Assembly: GCA_964465205.1 (NCBI GenBank)
Contig: CAYXJO010000008.1
Location: 2,164 to 66,163, forward strand
Reading direction: 5' to 3'
Length of the DNA stretch: 64,000 nt
Origin: an uncultured Gammaproteobacteria bacterium
Lineage (GTDB): Bacteria > Patescibacteriota > Patescibacteriia > Magasanikbacterales > GWA2-37-8
Positions 19,483 to 28,767 of this stretch are shown piece after piece. A program made the position numbers and the translations under genes. Numbering within the stretch: the stretch's first letter is position 1; each line of letters starts with the position of its first letter. Below the pieces are notes generated by a model. The model ran no database searches and was not told where the DNA came from. It saw only the letters and a program-made list of their open reading frames with translations.

Positions 19483-21762
19483 TTATTGTTGCACTGGTGC
19501 GCCCACAAGTGATCGAATCTTATTTATAATATCTTTATTATCGGGATTCAAATCTTTCACTTTATAATAATATTCTAGAGCTTTAGCTTTGTCACCGCGT
19601 GATTCATACAACAAACCTAAGCTATATAAAGCATTAGAATAATTCGGCTGAATACGCACAGCCTCCAACCAAAATTTTTCGGCGTCAGCACGATCAGTAC
19701 CCTTATTGCGATTGTAAATCAAGCGGCCATAATTGAACAAAGCGTCAGGATTTTGTAGGGCCACCGGCATAATTGTCTTATACGACTCTACTGCTTTATC
19801 CATTTCTTGTTTTTGTTCATAAGCATTGGCCAAACCAACATATGAACCAACATAATCTTGTTTCAAACGAATCGCTTCCTGATAACTCTTGATTGCCTCA
19901 TCCCACTTACCGGCCAAACTGTAATTATTGCCAAGTCTCCACCACAATACTGGGTTGGTAGGTTCTAAATCCTTGGCTTGGGTAAGTGATTTGATCGCCC
20001 AATCACGCGCCTGTTCTACAATCAATGCCGCGTTCTCATACATGGTAGACAGGTTTTCCCAAATACCAACCGAAGCCGGAGAAATATCAGTGGCAGCTTT
20101 GGCTGCGTTTACTGCTTTGGCCACCAACACACTTACATCTTGCAAATTTGGATTTTGACCCTGACTCGCGTTAGATGCTTGCAACAAATAAACTTGCGCA
20201 AGCGCGGCATTATAAACATCAGAGCTACTGCGTTGTGCCAATGCTTCAGATATTTTTTGTTCCGCTACTTTGGCATCAGTCGCCTGCAACGCTTTGGCAT
20301 ATACAGTTTCAGCGTAGTAGAGCTTGGCACCCCAAACACCCACCATTACCACCGCAGCAATCACTACGATCAAAGTAAAAGAAAAAGACAAACTATATTG
20401 AGGAGTATCATCTACTTCCCAAGACAAATATTTTATAACTCGATCACTAAGGAAAGATAGTCCAACTACAGTTAGACTTAATAAGGATACCCAGAGCCAC
20501 CACAACACTGGCCCAAAAAATAACACCGCCATACTACCGGTCAAAACAATCCAAGCCACCGCTACCAACAGGATATCCAGCCCCACCTCTTCTCCACCAA
20601 ATGGACTAATAGTAATTTTCCCGGCTTTGGCTTTCTTGTACCAAGCTTGGAAAATATGCCCCAACAAAAGTACGAACAAAAATATAAAAGTTAAAAAGAC
20701 CACAATGCCCCCCTCGGCTAAAAGCGCTATTAGGGTGCTAAATGGTTGGTTGAAACGTAAAGACCATGCTGTAGAATCATAATTGAAATCAGCCGGACGA
20801 AATTTGGAAAACTCATAACCAAACGTTCCCAAGCCACTACCAATCACGAAACTTTTTACACCCGAAAACGCGGAATTGTAAGCGATTGTCCATGATGGCT
20901 TGAGCCCAAGTGCCACTTCGGCCGGTACAGCGGATTGTAAGGACTTTGGCGTACCAAACGCAATAAATACCACAGTAAGGATCAAACCCGCAAACAGTGC
21001 TGATACACACCCCATACGAACTTCGGACACAAAACTAACACCCACTAATAATAAAAGTGCCAAGCCAATCAATAACACCCACCACAAGACGTTGAAACTT
21101 AAAAGTACTAATGATGTAAACGCCAAAATAGTAACAAAAAAGTACAACAACGAACGCCCGGTGGGAATTTCTTTGCGCAACAAGTGACCGGCCGACAACA
21201 ACAGAACCACAATTAACCACAAACCAAACTGACTATTCAGTTTATCTATAAGATTCCATGCACCCGGAGCCAAAAAGCCGATGAGATCCCACTTGAAAAC
21301 CATCTTAAAAATAAAAGTAAGTGCGGTTAGTCCACCTACTGCAATAATCGCGTCGATGATTCCACGCCAACGCTTTACGGTAGTCAAATGATTTGTGTTG
21401 AGAAAAAAGTACAATACCAAGAAGAACAAAAACATGAAGTTGAACACAAAATATTCATTACGGCCAAGAAAGCTGTCGTTGGCATTAACAGAAAAAATAC
21501 CCGACACCAATGTCACTAACAAGAATACTAGAAGCGGTAAATCAAAAATTGAACGGCGGTATTCAAATTGTTTTGACAATACTACGCGCGCCGCATATAA
21601 CAAAAATGCTACCGATACCAAACCAATGAATACATACTGTTTTGGTATGATAAACGAATTTAATAAATTGCGATCCACAAATAACGACATTGCTATTCCC
21701 GCGACTAAAAGCACCACATAGGTAAGCGTATCCAACACCTTATAGGCTGATTGGTTTGACAT
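19483..21762 (-). CDS. Polytopic membrane protein with O-antigen-ligase-like (Wzy_C-type) core and C-terminal TPR repeats
   Basis: >=10 hydrophobic helices in the N-terminal 450 aa. The C-terminal region has TPR-like AxxYxxAL periodicity (WDEAIKSYQEAIRLKQDYVGSYVGLANAYE...). Confidence 0.7.
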   Translation of the reverse strand: MSNQSAYKVLDTLTYVVLLVAGIAMSLFVDRNLLNSFIIPKQYVFIGLVSVAFLLYAARVVLSKQFEYRRSIFDLPLLVFLLVTLVSGIFSVNANDSFLGRNEYFVFNFMFLFFLVLYFFLNTNHLTTVKRWRGIIDAIIAVGGLTALTFIFKMVFKWDLIGFLAPGAWNLIDKLNSQFGLWLIVVLLLSAGHLLRKEIPTGRSLLYFFVTILAFTSLVLLSFNVLWWVLLIGLALLLLVGVSFVSEVRMGCVSALFAGLILTVVFIAFGTPKSLQSAVPAEVALGLKPSWTIAYNSAFSGVKSFVIGSGLGTFGYEFSKFRPADFNYDSTAWSLRFNQPFSTLIALLAEGGIVVFLTFIFLFVLLLGHIFQAWYKKAKAGKITISPFGGEEVGLDILLVAVAWIVLTGSMAVLFFGPVLWWLWVSLLSLTVVGLSFLSDRVIKYLSWEVDDTPQYSLSFSFTLIVVIAAVVMVGVWGAKLYYAETVYAKALQATDAKVAEQKISEALAQRSSSDVYNAALAQVYLLQASNASQGQNPNLQDVSVLVAKAVNAAKAATDISPASVGIWENLSTMYENAALIVEQARDWAIKSLTQAKDLEPTNPVLWWRLGNNYSLAGKWDEAIKSYQEAIRLKQDYVGSYVGLANAYEQKQEMDKAVESYKTIMPVALQNPDALFNYGRLIYNRNKGTDRADAEKFWLEAVRIQPNYSNALYSLGLLYESRGDKAKALEYYYKVKDLNPDNKDIINKIRSLVGAPVQQ

Positions 21763-21832
21763 ATTTAAATTAAAAAAATAAGTAATTGTTGCGACTTTAT
21801 TTTATTATAGCATATTTAATAGCAAGGAACAA

Positions 21833-21841
21833 TGTGGATAA
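21833..21841. promoter_or_regulatory. DnaA box (TGTGGATAA = TTATCCACA, perfect)
   Basis: Exact match to the 9-mer consensus. Confidence 0.5.
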
Positions 21842-21965
21842 GCCCCAAATCCCAACACTTAAATTCCTAAATTTATTCTAGCTTTCAACTACAAAAAACG
21901 GTTATTAAATAGTTGTGTTTTACAAACACACAACCCGCTTCAAACTGTTTATGAACAAAATCATT

Positions 21966-21981
21966 TGTTTCACGTGAAACA
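21966..21981. promoter_or_regulatory. parS centromere-like site, perfect 16-bp palindrome TGTTTCACGTGAAACA
   Basis: Exact match to the canonical ParB/Spo0J parS consensus tGTTTCACGTGAAACa. Confidence 0.8.
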
Positions 21982-21999
21982 TAATGCCCAAAAATATAA

Positions 22000-22010
22000 C
22001 ACGTGAAACA
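22000..22010. promoter_or_regulatory. parS half-site (CACGTGAAACA)
   Basis: Right half perfect, left half diverged. Confidence 0.4.
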
Positions 22011-22144
22011 TAAGAACTGGGTAGTTAAATAACGACCCGAAACGATTTCTCCATAACTATACAATTTTAGAACACACTAATACAAACACAGCTAAGAGCC
22101 ACAAACTTATCAACCACAACTCCAAATGAAGCTGGCTTGACTTT

Positions 22145-22160
22145 TGTTTCCCGTGAAACA
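22145..22160. promoter_or_regulatory. parS-like site TGTTTCCCGTGAAACA (1 mismatch)
   Basis: 15/16 match to the parS consensus. Confidence 0.65.
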
Positions 22161-22420
22161 CAACACAAACAAAATTAAGTGTCGACGGGGACTATAGTTT
22201 CATAAAACAAACTTTTATAACTTAGAACACAACCAACCTAAACCAACGTCGTATCGCATGATGTATATAATAGATTAACCGTAAAATCACTTTTGCCACC
22301 CTTGACATACTAAATAAACAAACGATCACACATAGCATATCGTTTACGGCCTAGCCTACACAGTAACCAAAAAAACAATTTATTATGTATTTTCTACATA
22401 CACACATATATTTTTGACAA

Positions 22421-22436
22421 TGTTTCACAGGAAACA
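22421..22436. promoter_or_regulatory. parS-like site TGTTTCACAGGAAACA (2 central mismatches)
   Basis: 14/16 match. Confidence 0.45.
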
Positions 22437-22475
22437 TCTCGTATAACTAGCAAAATATCATGTATTATGCTCGTA

Positions 22476-22538
22476 ATTTGTATACACTAGTCTATACAAA
22501 CTCACAAATCCACTGATTTATGCACAGTTTTATCCACA
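22476..22538. promoter_or_regulatory. 26-bp palindromic element aTTTGTATAcactagtcTATACAAAC followed by DnaA boxes TTATGCACA (22518-22526) and TTATCCACA (22530-22538)
   Basis: 9-bp inverted arms with an 8-bp spacer. The same element recurs twice near 42 kb with the spacer inverted. Confidence 0.6.
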
Positions 22539-22694
22539 GGGCAATATAATAAAATTATCACCATAATAACTGTTGTTTGGGGTAATGACCGTCGCACAGC
22601 TGTTTCAAACGAATAAGAGCCAACGATGCCTTTTGAGAGTATAATCCTGGTCAACAATATCAATCTATGGCTAAAATTTAGAGTTTTTAAGGAT

Positions 22695-22715
22695 TAAAAA
22701 AGGGCCTTTCGGCCC
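22695..22715 (-). terminator. Rho-independent terminator (GGGCC-gaaa-GGCCC + T-run on minus strand)
   Basis: Read directly, downstream of the 141-aa minus-strand ORF. Confidence 0.65.
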
Positions 22716-22778
22716 AAAAGTGTTTGCTAGAAACAAGTCAAAGCAACAAATTACAAAAAGTGTCTTAAAGCAATAGTC

Positions 22779-23204
22779 CTAAAGAATATCTCCATACTCA
22801 TAGGCCAATCTGGCAAGCCGGTTCTGCTCAGCTCGATAATACCCCTTTCTTTTTGGTATTTTCCGACGGTTGAGGTGTTCCTTTGGATTGGGTGGAAAAC
22901 ACGTAACCAGAGCATACACGGCTTCAGATTTGGTGCTTGGCTCCAACACAAACACCATTCCTATGTCCTTATTGAATAAGTAGACGCTTTCCGGATGTAG
23001 TTGTAGCCGAATCTTCCAGTTGTTGAGTTTCGTAACCGAAATCTGCGTAGACTCGTGCAACTGCTCGAGAATCAACTCTCGTATCTCGACTGCATTGCGG
23101 GGCACACTGATACCACATTCGTTCTGACAGCGAATGCGATATTGCAAAATCGCATGTCGCGTGAATATCATGTTGGACAACATGGTGTCCGACTGCGTCA
23201 TCAT
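22779..23204 (-). CDS. Hypothetical protein (141 aa), basic C-terminus
   Basis: Strong SD AAGGAGGTG 7 nt upstream of ATGATG, unusual for this genome. Located immediately 3' of tRNA-Ala(CGC). Confidence 0.65.
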   Translation of the reverse strand: MMTQSDTMLSNMIFTRHAILQYRIRCQNECGISVPRNAVEIRELILEQLHESTQISVTKLNNWKIRLQLHPESVYLFNKDIGMVFVLEPSTKSEAVYALVTCFPPNPKEHLNRRKIPKRKGYYRAEQNRLARLAYEYGDIL

Positions 23205-23302
23205 GACACCACCTCCTTATTGTTAGTGTTATAGCACTTGAAAGATCGTATTATAAAATCTATCACCACTAGTGAATCATGTCAAGATAGACTAAACACA
23301 TG

Positions 23303-23375
23303 TGGACCAGAGGGGAGTCGAACCCCTCACCTCAGCAATGCGAATGCTGCGCTCTACCAGATGAGCTACTGGCCC
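23303..23375 (-). tRNA. tRNA-Ala (anticodon CGC); CCA not encoded
   Basis: Acceptor GGGCCAG/CTGGTCC with G3:U70. D-arm GCTC-ATCTGGTA-GAGC. Anticodon arm CAGCA-TTCGCAT-TGCTG. T-arm AGGGG-TTCGACT-CCCCT. Discriminator A. Confidence 0.8.
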
Positions 23376-23443
23376 GCGTGCGAATATTCTACCGTATTCA
23401 TACAAAAAGTCAACTCTTGACTTACGCGACTTTCGGCCAAGCT

Positions 23444-23472
23444 ACTAATACATACTTAGTTAGTATGTATTA
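23444..23472. repeat. Perfect 12-bp-stem hairpin CTAATACATACT-tagtt-AGTATGTATTAG in the tRNA-Cys/tRNA-Ala spacer
   Basis: Read directly. Part of an about 200-nt structured spacer between two same-strand tRNAs. Confidence 0.6.
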
Positions 23473-23540
23473 GACAACATTCTTTGGCTATGCAACCGAA
23501 GCTAGGTCAACTTTATCCTCATAGGATAGAACTTTAGAAA

Positions 23541-23575
23541 CAAAAAATAAACAACCGCTCATCGGCTGTTTATTC
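23541..23575 (-). terminator. Rho-independent terminator just 3' of tRNA-Cys (CAGCCG-atgag-CGGUUG + U-run on minus strand)
   Basis: Read directly, with one G:U pair in the stem. Confidence 0.5.
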
Positions 23576-23578
23576 TTG

Positions 23579-23650
23579 AGGTACCGGTGGGAATTGCACC
23601 CACGCATAGAGGTTTTGCAGACCTCTGCCTTACTACTTGGCTACGGTACC
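23579..23650 (-). tRNA. tRNA-Cys (anticodon GCA), U73 discriminator; atypical T-loop TGCAATT; CCA not encoded
   Basis: Acceptor GGTACCG/CGGTACC. Anticodon arm GAGGT-CTGCAAA-ACCTC. T-stem GTGGG/CCCAC. D-stem has only 3 bp. U73 is the Cys identity element. Confidence 0.6.
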
Positions 23651-23700
23651 GTTTAATGGTAAAAGATTACCATTAATTAGATTTTTTTTCAAGAGCATTA

Positions 23701-25026
23701 TTACCTAATATAACCAAGCGGATTCACGCGCACGCCATTGATCTGGATTTCGAAATGTAAATGAATACCGGTGCGCCCACGCACCTTACCGGTATTTCCC
23801 ATAAGACCAATAGTCTGGCCAGCAGAAACACGATCGCCCACAGATACCAGCAGTTCGTCGTTATGACCATACAACGTACGCACGCCTCCGCCATGATCAA
23901 TAATAATATAACAACCATAGCCACTATTCCAACCGCACTGCGAAACCGCAACCGTACCCGCTTTAGCAGCATAATTGCGTGTATGCCAAGGACCAGCAAT
24001 ATCCAAACCATGATGACTCCAGCCATAGTATTGGGTAATCGTGCGCACCCCGCTCGGCCACACAAAACCAGAGGCAGATGCACCCGCAGTAGATCCCGGC
24101 ACCACCCGACGACTCACCGTACCAGTACTACGCGGCACAGTCGCGACCACCTGGCTCTGCGGCATAATACCATTCGGAATCATAATAGTCTCACCAATCA
24201 CCAAATCAGTGCCATTCTCATTCAGTTTATTAAACTTAGTAATGTCTTCTATCTTTGCACCATAGGTGGTGGCAATCTTTTTCAAATTATCTCCTTTCTT
24301 AATAGTATGCATCACACCGGTAGTGGGTGGAATCTTTATAACCTGACCGAGTTTGAGCAAAGATCTGAGACTCAAATTGTTGGCCCACATCACAGTAGCC
24401 ACACTCACATCAAAATTATACGCAATACTAGATAAAGAGTCACCGGGTTGAACTTCATAATTTACTACTTTATCACGCGTGGTAGCACCGACCGCTGCCC
24501 CAGAAATTAATATTGGCTTAGTGATCGCCATGCCCCCTGCCACTACATTACCCAATTCTTGATCATACACCAACAGGTCGCTGGCCAAACCACTACCATA
24601 GTCATTACTAAGAGCGCCTTCCCGCCAAGAAGGTGCGCTTTGTACTGCCGGGGTCAGGCTCACCGACACTTCTTCCAAGCTGTAATCCTCTGCATCCGCT
24701 ACAAACAATTTGTAAGCGATGGTTTTACGACCAAACAAATTCGGATCTACTTTATTATATAGCTTGGTTTGGGGTATAACTAAAATCAAAAATAGTATCA
24801 ATATAAGAAGTTGCAGATTGTCACGCTTAAAAATCCAACTCCCTTGGCCGGTAAAGCCAATCCGCTTCAATACATAGTTAACCTTGTAGTGCACAAACAC
24901 CAATGCGCGCCAAACCTTGCGAAAAGGAATACTAAATAGTCTGGCTGTACCATATCCCGCCCACCACAAAAAACGCTTGATTTGCATCAAACCGCGCAAG
25001 AAAAACAACAAAACGCGATATTTCAT
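23701..25026 (-). CDS. M23-family metallopeptidase (LytM-like) with two LysM domains and N-terminal TM anchor
   Basis: LysM-like VQPGDSLSSIAYNFDVSVATVMWANNL and IKKGDNLKKIATTYG. C-terminal M23 motifs YIIIDHGGGVRTLYGH...GIHLHFEIQING. Confidence 0.85.
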   Translation of the reverse strand: MKYRVLLFFLRGLMQIKRFLWWAGYGTARLFSIPFRKVWRALVFVHYKVNYVLKRIGFTGQGSWIFKRDNLQLLILILFLILVIPQTKLYNKVDPNLFGRKTIAYKLFVADAEDYSLEEVSVSLTPAVQSAPSWREGALSNDYGSGLASDLLVYDQELGNVVAGGMAITKPILISGAAVGATTRDKVVNYEVQPGDSLSSIAYNFDVSVATVMWANNLSLRSLLKLGQVIKIPPTTGVMHTIKKGDNLKKIATTYGAKIEDITKFNKLNENGTDLVIGETIMIPNGIMPQSQVVATVPRSTGTVSRRVVPGSTAGASASGFVWPSGVRTITQYYGWSHHGLDIAGPWHTRNYAAKAGTVAVSQCGWNSGYGCYIIIDHGGGVRTLYGHNDELLVSVGDRVSAGQTIGLMGNTGKVRGRTGIHLHFEIQINGVRVNPLGYIR

Positions 25027-25177
25027 GGTTTTTGGTTACTTGACTGTTGTCGTATTTTATCATAGAATAACGCTCAAATCAACCCTCGCGGGTTTTTTCA
25101 ATCTTTAATTAATTTATAGTATATATGAGCCGCTCTCATATATACTCACTTGTTTAGAAACAGTTAAACCACTTTAA

Positions 25178-27196
25178 TTGTTTCTCTCACTCAATTTGAG
25201 TATGACCACTACCATTGTGGCACTTCTAGCGCTTCTACCGGCGGTCTTGGCTATCGCCTACGGTGTCGCGCTTATCGTTTGGATCAATCGTCAGCCTACT
25301 GGCGACGAACGTATGCAGTCTATCGCGCGCGCCATACAAGAAGGCGCGAAGGCTTACCTAGCTCGTCAATACAAAACAGTAGCTTGGGTAGCCGGTATAA
25401 TTTTTATTATTATCGGATTGGCAGTAGATTGGTTCACTGCACTAGGGTTCGTGGTGGGCGCGATTTTGTCCGCCCTTGCCGGTATTATTGGCATGAACAT
25501 TTCCGTACGCGCCAACTTGCGCACTGCTGAAGCTGCCAAGCAAGGTATAGTCAAAGCGCTTACTGTTGCCGTACGCGGTGGTTCGATTACCGGTTTGTTT
25601 GTGGCCGGTCTTGGTCTTTTGGGTGTATCTGGTTTTTATTTAATTTTCAATGACATTTCCGCTTTGGTTGGCTTGGCTTTCGGCGGATCTCTCATTTCAA
25701 TTTTTGCTCGTATTGGTGGTGGTATATTTACCAAGGCCGCCGATGTGGGTGCCGACCTCGTCGGTAAGGTAGAAAAAGGTATCCCCGAAGACGATCCACG
25801 CAACCCGGCGGTGATCGCCGATAATGTCGGTGATAATGTTGGTGATTGTGCCGGTATGGCCGCAGATTTATTCGAGACCTATGCGGTGACTGCTATCGCC
25901 GCAATGGTGTTGGGTGATTTGCTGTTCCCGGGCAATGATCGTGTGGTGGTGTATCCTTTGATACTCGGTGGTGTCTCTATCATCGCTTCTATCATCGGTA
26001 CCTTTGCTATTCGTTTGGGCAAAAGTCAAAACGTCATGAATGCTTTGTACAAAGGTTTGGCCGCTGCTGGCGTCCTCGCTCTCATCGCATTTTATTTTGT
26101 CACCAATTGGCTCATGAAAAATATCGACGGTGTATTAACTTGGAAAATTTTCCTCACCGCCGTTATTGGTTTGGCCATGACCGCGCTTATGGTCTGGCTC
26201 ACCGAATATTACACTGCCACCAAATATAATCCGGTAAAAAATCTGGCCAAAGCTTCTGAGACTGGACACGGCACCAATGTGATTGCTGGTTTGGCTTTGT
26301 CTATGCGCTCTACCGCATTGCCGGTGCTCGCTATTGTGGCAGCTATTTTGGGTGCTTATTGGCTCGCTGGTATCTATGGTGTGGCTATTGCCGCCATGAG
26401 CATGCTTTCGCTCACCGGTATTATCGTAACCATTGATGCATACGGTCCTATTACCGACAACGCTGGTGGTATCGCCGAAATGGCGGAACTACCAGAAAGC
26501 GTACGCGCCATTACTGATCCGCTCGATGCTGTAGGCAACACTACCAAAGCTGTAACCAAAGGTTACGCGATCGCTTCTGCCGGTTTGGCTTCGCTCGTAT
26601 TATTCGCTGATTATACTCACAAGCTACCTTCTACCGTACAATTTCTAATCAACGATCCGAAAGTCTTGGCTGGATTGTTTATCGGTGGTCTGTTGCCATA
26701 TTTATTCGGATCCATGCTTATGGAATCTGTAGGTAAAGTAGCTGGCAAAGTAGTAGAAGAAGTACGTCGTCAGTTCCGTGAAATTCCAGGAATCATGGAA
26801 CACACCAACAAACCGGACTATGGTAAAGCCGTAGACATCGTCACCAAAGGCGCTATTGGTCAAATGATTGTGCCGGCTTTGATTCCGGTGGCGGCGCCGA
26901 TTTTGGTTGGGTTCATCTTGGGCGTAGAAGCTCTAGGCGGTGTGCTACTTGGCACGATTATCACCGGCCTCTTCGTCGCGATTTCCATGACCACTGGTGG
27001 TGGCGCTTGGGACAACGCGAAAAAACATATTGAAATGGGAAACTACGGTGGTAAAGGATCCTTTGCTCATCAAGCCGCTGTCACTGGCGACACCGTGGGC
27101 GATCCATACAAAGATACTGCTGGTCCAGCTGTAAACCCAATGATCAAAGTAGCCAACATTGTGGCGCTACTCATCGTGGGACTCTTGATTAAATAA
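25178..27196 (+). CDS. hppA: Membrane-bound H+/Na+-translocating pyrophosphatase
   Basis: [19 protein letters not shown] and [21 protein letters not shown] signature motifs, about 15 TM helices. Start may be the MTTTIVALL Met at about 25202. Confidence 0.9.
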   Translation: MFLSLNLSMTTTIVALLALLPAVLAIAYGVALIVWINRQPTGDERMQSIARAIQEGAKAYLARQYKTVAWVAGIIFIIIGLAVDWFTALGFVVGAILSALAGIIGMNISVRANLRTAEAAKQGIVKALTVAVRGGSITGLFVAGLGLLGVSGFYLIFNDISALVGLAFGGSLISIFARIGGGIFTKAADVGADLVGKVEKGIPEDDPRNPAVIADNVGDNVGDCAGMAADLFETYAVTAIAAMVLGDLLFPGNDRVVVYPLILGGVSIIASIIGTFAIRLGKSQNVMNALYKGLAAAGVLALIAFYFVTNWLMKNIDGVLTWKIFLTAVIGLAMTALMVWLTEYYTATKYNPVKNLAKASETGHGTNVIAGLALSMRSTALPVLAIVAAILGAYWLAGIYGVAIAAMSMLSLTGIIVTIDAYGPITDNAGGIAEMAELPESVRAITDPLDAVGNTTKAVTKGYAIASAGLASLVLFADYTHKLPSTVQFLINDPKVLAGLFIGGLLPYLFGSMLMESVGKVAGKVVEEVRRQFREIPGIMEHTNKPDYGKAVDIVTKGAIGQMIVPALIPVAAPILVGFILGVEALGGVLLGTIITGLFVAISMTTGGGAWDNAKKHIEMGNYGGKGSFAHQAAVTGDTVGDPYKDTAGPAVNPMIKVANIVALLIVGLLIK

Positions 27197-27213
27197 TTCA
27201 AACAAAAAATATA

Positions 27214-27246
27214 AAAAAGACGCTCGGCAACGGGTGTCTTTTTTGT
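27214..27246 (+). terminator. Rho-independent terminator after hppA
   Basis: AGACGC-tcggcaacgg-GTGTCT + TTTTTTG. Confidence 0.6.
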
Positions 27247-27344
27247 AACATTCTAAAAAACACTAAAGAACCAAACTTTCGTCAAGGGTTGACAACCGCC
27301 AAAAAATAATATAAAATTCCGCATACTTATTAAATAAAATCAAT

Positions 27345-28706
27345 ATGAAACACGAACTCAAAAAACTAGACAAGTCGATGGTGGAAATCAAAATCACTGT
27401 CCTGCCCGCCGAATATCAAAAAGATTTGGAGGCGGCCGCAGTGCGCCTATCCGAACGCGCCGCCATCAAAGGCTTTCGTCCGGGCAAGGCCCCATACAAC
27501 GCTGTCAAAGAACAGCTTGGTGAAGTAAAAATTTTCGAAGAAGCCCTACAAACAATCGTTGAGATGAATTATTTCCGCGCCGTCCAAGCCGAAAAAATAG
27601 AAACAATCGGACAACCGGAAATCACTATTGAAAAAATGGCCCCAAACAATGAATTTGTGTTCATTGCCAAAGTAGCTCTGTTGCCAAAAATAGAGTTAGC
27701 CGACATCACCAAAATCAAAGTGGAACGCAAGGCCAAAGAAATTACCGACAAAGAGGTAGATAATGTGGCAAATGATTTGCGCAAAATGCAGACCAAAGAA
27801 ACCATTAAGAACGGACAAGCAACCAAAGACGACAAGGTGGTAATAGACATGGACATGTTTGTAAACAATGTTCCAATGGAAGGCGGCCAAGCCAAAGGTT
27901 ACCAAGTCTATCTGAACGAACCACATTATGTAGAGGGTTTAGCCGATCAATTGGTGGGTCTGAAAAAAGATGACACCAAGGACTTTACACTCAAATTCCC
28001 CAAAGATCATTACGATAAAAACTATGCTGGTCGCGATGTGGATTTCAAAGTCAAGGTCCACGACGTGTTTGAATTACAAGCCCAGGCGTTTGATGATACC
28101 TTTGCCAAATCTCTGGGGCAAGAAAGTGCGGAAAAACTAAAGGGTCTGTTGCGCGACAATTTAATTAAAGAAAGCGAACACAAAGAGGACCAGCGCGTTG
28201 AGGGTGAAATCTTGGAAAAATTAATTGCCGAAAGTAAGTTTGAAGAGATCCCGGAAGTATTAATCAATTCGGAAAAACAAAAAATGTTCTACGAATTGAA
28301 GCACGACCTGGAACATCGCGGGATCGCTTTCGAAAAATATTTGAAAGATATCAAAAAAACTGAAGAACAAATTTACAACGACTTCACCGAAAACGCCACC
28401 AAACGTGCCAAGGCGGCGCTGGTCTCGCGCCAGGTGGCCAAAGACAATAACATTGAAATTTCCGACGAGGAATTGAAAAAAGAAATTGACTTAATCAAAA
28501 CCATGTATGATGGTGAAGAATTAAAACGCGTAGAAGAAAACATCAAACGCCAAGAAGTAAAAGACACCATCGCTATTTCAATACAAAATCGCAAAGTGAT
28601 GGATTGGCTCAAAGAAAAAATCTTGGGCGAGAAACCAAAAACCGAAGACAAGCATGAACACGGACACAGCCATGGCGCACCCGGACACAAGTGTGATCAC
28701 TGTTAA
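27345..28706 (+). CDS. tig: Trigger factor with unusual His/Cys-rich C-terminal tail (HEHGHSHGAPGHKCDHC)
   Basis: N-terminal ribosome-binding region AAIKGFRPGKAPYNAVKEQLG, then PPIase and C-terminal arm regions. Confidence 0.85.
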   Translation: MKHELKKLDKSMVEIKITVLPAEYQKDLEAAAVRLSERAAIKGFRPGKAPYNAVKEQLGEVKIFEEALQTIVEMNYFRAVQAEKIETIGQPEITIEKMAPNNEFVFIAKVALLPKIELADITKIKVERKAKEITDKEVDNVANDLRKMQTKETIKNGQATKDDKVVIDMDMFVNNVPMEGGQAKGYQVYLNEPHYVEGLADQLVGLKKDDTKDFTLKFPKDHYDKNYAGRDVDFKVKVHDVFELQAQAFDDTFAKSLGQESAEKLKGLLRDNLIKESEHKEDQRVEGEILEKLIAESKFEEIPEVLINSEKQKMFYELKHDLEHRGIAFEKYLKDIKKTEEQIYNDFTENATKRAKAALVSRQVAKDNNIEISDEELKKEIDLIKTMYDGEELKRVEENIKRQEVKDTIAISIQNRKVMDWLKEKILGEKPKTEDKHEHGHSHGAPGHKCDHC

Positions 28707-28725
28707 AAAAGTTTGAATCAAATAT

Positions 28726-28758
28726 AAAAATCCTGTATGATAAGTGCAGGATTTTTAA
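28726..28758 (+). terminator. Rho-independent terminator after tig
   Basis: ATCCTG-tatgataagtg-CAGGAT + TTTTTAATT. Confidence 0.65.
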
Positions 28759-28767
28759 TTATTATTT

